From the human T2T-CHM13v2.0 reference genome, Homo sapiens: a DNA stretch of 64,000 nt. Shown here one piece after another: positions 59,211 to 64,000 of the stretch (within the stretch, counting starts at the first letter, position 1; every line of letters starts with the position of its first letter). Location of the stretch: the NCBI RefSeq assembly GCF_009914755.1, contig NC_060947.1; one strand, 5' to 3'. A program made the translations under genes and the position numbers. The notes under the pieces are model-generated. The model searched no databases. It had not been told where the DNA came from and saw nothing but the letters and a program-made list of their open reading frames with translations.

Positions 59211-61569
59211 ACCAGATGGCCTCATTCCTTTAACTTTAAAAAACAGTTTTGTCACATTTGTTTAAAAATGTTTACTTTTCCATATTTTTGGTCCACATAA
59301 ACATAATATTGCATAATATATATTATTCTATGACCTAATATTTTCACTTGTTGTAGTAATTTTATGAACTGTATTGATATGTAAATTTTCCTTCTAAAGA
59401 TACTTTGAAATCTTTGAAAGATTAGAAAAAAGCAATAAAACATCATAAATATCCAATTATTTGAAGAGTCAGAAGATAACTTTCTATGCCATGTTTGGGG
59501 GAGAACAAAAAATCTTTCACAATAAAGATACAATTTCTCTCAATACAAAATCTCTCAATTTTCCCACCAGAAATATAATTGAGAATGATTCGCTATAATC
59601 TCTTCCAGTCTTTCTCCTACATGTGTGTATGTATGTATGTATGCATTCTAAAATTTTAGTCTAAAATTGTTCAATAAACCCATTGCATATGTGATCTATT
59701 ATGAAGTTTTAAATACTCTTATAATGTAGTTAATTTACTGTTTAACACTGGATATTAACACACACCATGGATGGTGTATATAGCACTAGAATATCACATT
59801 ATTCATGTTTCACTATTCCTAAAAAATAAGGCAAAAGTATTCTTGACTAAAATATGGTTAAGAATGATTTCAAATGTAGCAGTTTTAAGATTTATAGTTA
59901 CACTGACTCAGATATCATAGAAATGTAAATTTTAAATTACATTTCTTTAGATAATTCACTTTGCTCATTGATTATTTTAACCTGTGAGGAAAAAATAGAA
60001 TATTCCCACTAAGTTATATTTGTAAAAAGCTGTGCTTTCTCACTCATGAAGTTTGTATTGAACTTGTGTGCCAAATGCAGTTTTCAGAATTAATAAAGGC
60101 AGACAATTGCTACAAAATCTGAGGAGCAATAAATACCAAGGAGGAGATGGTGGCAACTATGTACCACCTAAAACTGGAGTTCACTGATTTAAAAAATTAC
60201 AGGAGTGTTGAAAAACAACAAGTTGTATGAGTACTTCTCAATCGCTGAAGTTGTTCTCCCAGTAGTTTTTCACACTGATCCGTGCTCCAATAAGAACACC
60301 AAGAAAATTTCATAAAGAAATTGCATCCTTTTTGAAGGTTCTCTACTACAGCAGTTTTGAATCCAGTACTCATCTTGATCTCTAACTAGTCTGGATTTCT
60401 GCTTTGGTATTTTAGTCATCTCCAATCTTATATGAGCCCTCTTTTGGGTTAATGTGATCTCTGCTGAGTAAATACACAGATTCCAAGGTTTCTCCTTTCC
60501 ATTTCCAAAGGTCATATCTGAGACAAAAACTTATTATGGCACCAGAGGTGAACAATCTGAGAGCTGTACCCTGGTGGCCTCCACTGAAAAGTCTTCTGCC
60601 ATTTGGTCTCTGAATGTTGGTTTTCATAGAAGCTACAGCTGCTCTTGCACTGCAGTGCCTGCTTTGGATTTTCCTGATCCCTGCCATGATTTCTGGTTTA
60701 AAGGTCATCCTTATCTCAATCCTTGATCCTTGGCTATTGACTAGCCTTTATAGCACTTATGCATTCACTTGGGACATATGGAAACTTATTTGTAAATAAA
60801 GTGACATTCCTTGTCTGCATATCCTCTGTTACCAATTCTGATCTTCCAAAGCAAACCAATCTTGACCTTAGAAATGAAACCTTGTTCTGTCCCAGAGTTC
60901 AATTTTGAAAATTAATCATAGGCCCTCACTGATTTAGATTTCATCTTCAACCTAGCTGGGGTTTCTACTTTTCTCTCTCAAACGCCTGAGTTTTGAAATG
61001 AAGACCCGGTTTTCATAACTCTTATTTCTAAAGATTGGCTTTTGAAAGCTCTTTTAGATTTAAAAATGTGAACAATGACTCTTTCTCTTGCTTTCCAGAT
61101 ATAGCATAGGACTCCCTGAGGAATGAAGCAATGGAGCACTCCAGCAACATAAAGAAAAATTCAAAATAAAGCATATTAATAGTCTTTGAAATATTTTTCT
61201 ACAGAAATCATGACTCAAAGATATGTTTTATTAAACTCATAACTTTCCATTATGCTCTAAAAGAAAAGATATAATGATAATTAGGTAAGGTAATAAAGAA
61301 AATAAAAGAACCAATTTTATCATTAAATTCTTAAGTTGTTTCTTTAGTTTGGTTTTAAAGAGAAAATATCACAATTACTTAATTTCAAAGTCAAAACCCC
61401 TACATTATTTTAATCTACTTTTATATTGTCAGTCAACTTCATCCACTCTCGAGTTAATCAAAGGAAATCATGTTTCATTACCATTAGTGAAATGCCAGAC
61501 TTCCTCAGCAGTTGGTTTGATTTTGCTTTAGCATTTGCTCATCTTGACTATACATCACTTTTTAGCCAT

Positions 61570-61735
61570 CCTATATGGGATACAGACCATGGCAAGTTAT
61601 TTAATATTTGTGCCTCTGTTTTATCATTTGCAAACTATAAAATTAACAATGTGCTGATCCCTGCATTCTATGAAGGCTACATGAGACTATGTAAGTATCA
61701 AGTTCATAGCACAGTAGATGTTCGGTATGTTAATG
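61570..61735 (+). mobile_element. MIR
   Basis: 'gaccatggcaagttatttaatatttgtgcctctgttttatcatttgcaaa'. Confidence 0.7.
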
Positions 61736-61950
61736 ATTCTTTCCTCTATTTTTATTTTTCCATTCACTTTCTTTCTAGGTTGCAAAGGGAACATTACAAT
61801 TCTAATGTATTTTTTTCTCATTTGCTTTAAGGATTTCTCTCTTATAAGCAAAATAATAAAGCTCCTGTTTTGTTTTGTTTCTTGTCCTCATAAAATACAC
61901 TGGTCTAGGTTTTAGATTTAATAGGTACTCACTAGTGTGTAAGTAGTTTT

Positions 61951-62275
<325 letters not shown>

Positions 62276-63561
62276 TAAGTAGCTTTCTTTAAAAGCAATT
62301 TCAAACAAAAATGGCTTTACTGTTATCAACAATAAATACATTTTATATTATAGTTCTGGATGGCTTAAATACTAAAAAAAAAAAAGTAGTTGAATATTTT
62401 ACTTTAAGAGATACTCTATATTTGTTGAAAAATGAATTATACAAGAAAATAACCATATCCAAAGTCACAGGACCCACGTTTCCAAATACACAAAATATTT
62501 AAACCAGTCATTTAAATATTATACTCTGAGTTGGTAAGAAACGTTCTCACCTAACATTCATGGTTTTCCTAAAAATGGTAAATGTGTAAAATCCTCAAAA
62601 TATTGCATAGGCAAATATGCTATTGCCTACCACATTAGAAAATTTCCTAGGAATAATTTCTGTTAGGCAATCCAGGGTAGTAGAATGTAAGCTAATAAAG
62701 TGAAAATCACATGTACAGTTGAAGCAAGCATGGAACCTCTAGTTATTCACTTTACACCGTAAATAGAAAAAAAACCCCACCAAATTCCCACATATCTATA
62801 TAATCTTCCCAATTTACCTGAAATCCTTCCAATTTAACACTCTCCTCCAGTTTAAGTATTTATCTCATGAAGAATACTCTTAAAATGACAACTTCTAATT
62901 CAGAGAAATAACACATTATGGCATTGTCTGCTATTAGCCTACTTTTTATGATTAGGTTTGGACTGGTTTCCAGGTCCATCTCTCTTAGAATTTTATACAG
63001 TAAGAGTGAAACGTGGCCAAGATATCTGTATACTTTAACAAGCACCCCTCACCCCCATTGAGTGTGTTATGGTTGGTCTAGTAAAGGACCCTTAGGAATT
63101 CTGCCTAGAAAGAAAGGGCTGCTGCATAAAGCTAATAAACAGCTAGGGGAATCTTCGAATTGGAAGGTGATTATAAGGCAGGAGAAAGGAAACTTGAGAA
63201 CAAATCAATTTTGTATATTTGGCCAATGCTGGCTTCTGATGGAGTCCCTTTTAGACTGCATGGCCATACTTTAAAGTAACTGAAATCTATGAGAACACAT
63301 ATAAAAGGAAAAAAAAAGTACTATAAAGCATGCCATATTCACAAGGCAGATTCCAAAAAATATGCTTTCACTTAAATTTTTACATACATGTGTCTCTGAG
63401 TAAAATAAAAACTATCAATTGTGAGTCTGAAGTTATCAATCATCAAATATGATTGTTTTATATTAATTTTTATCTGGTGGGAAGGCCATAAAAAATGAAA
63501 TATAATTTCCTGCTTTTTAATGGTCCTATAAACTAGAACACATTTGCCCTTAATGGGGTTA

Positions 63562-63682
63562 ATTATATATATATATATTTATATATATATTTATAGATAT
63601 ATTTATATATATCTATAGATATATTTATAGATACATTTATAGATATATATATTTATAGATATATTTATATATTTATATATAT
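63562..63682. repeat. AT-rich (TA)-derived minisatellite
   Basis: Repeats of about 12 bp 'atatttata(g/t)at'. Confidence 0.9.
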
Positions 63683-64000
63683 GAAGTAATTTGATAAGAA
63701 TGGTTTATATACTATTTTGTTTTAGGTATTTTTAAACTAAGGAAATATTATATGTAATTTTAATATTTATGATTAAAATAGAATTTAGCACCTCAGTATG
63801 TTCAATTTAAATTAGACTTTGGTTATACATTATTTAATGTACAAATAGGTTTGAGAATACAAAGCCATATTTTAGAAACTTCTTTTAGGCCTACTATTTA
63901 AAACATGTCCCAGGGAGCAGTAAGATTTATGTTACATTTTAAAGTCTCCTTATTCTTATTTTTCAAACTATTTACAAAGATTAAAACTTATATTACTGGG

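Noticed and set aside
60270-60799. Overlapping ORFs in unique, moderately GC sequence; possible pseudogene or exon
   Set aside because: No recognisable homology, consistent splice sites, polyA tail or TSD; a tblastx search would settle it

Overview
AT-rich, repeat-dense primate DNA, very probably human (Alu, L1PA, THE1, LTR12 are all present). It looks intronic or intergenic. I see no recognisable cellular protein-coding exon; the ORF track is explained by Alu, L1 and ERV remnants or by chance. The main feature is a 6.3-kb defective HERV9/LTR12-type provirus (22698-29042, GAAC target-site duplication (TSD)) inserted in an old L1MA. It lacks integrase and most of the env surface subunit (SU), and it carries a second, collapsed HERV-I-like pol/RNase H segment. 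Repeat annotation does not explain several locally templated copies. These are a 252-bp inverted repeat at about 96% identity (31673-32421), a 318-bp inverted copy of part of an LTR41 at about 94% (54420-55600), and an old L1 fragment duplicated 39 kb away (6383-6789 vs 45341-45664). The window also has an Alu-L1 fusion inside one TSD and an L1PA with both ends and a TSD but a large internal deletion. I found no support for a new multi-gene system. Repeat subfamily names come from remembered consensus sequences and need RepeatMasker/Dfam confirmation. Identity figures are hand counts.
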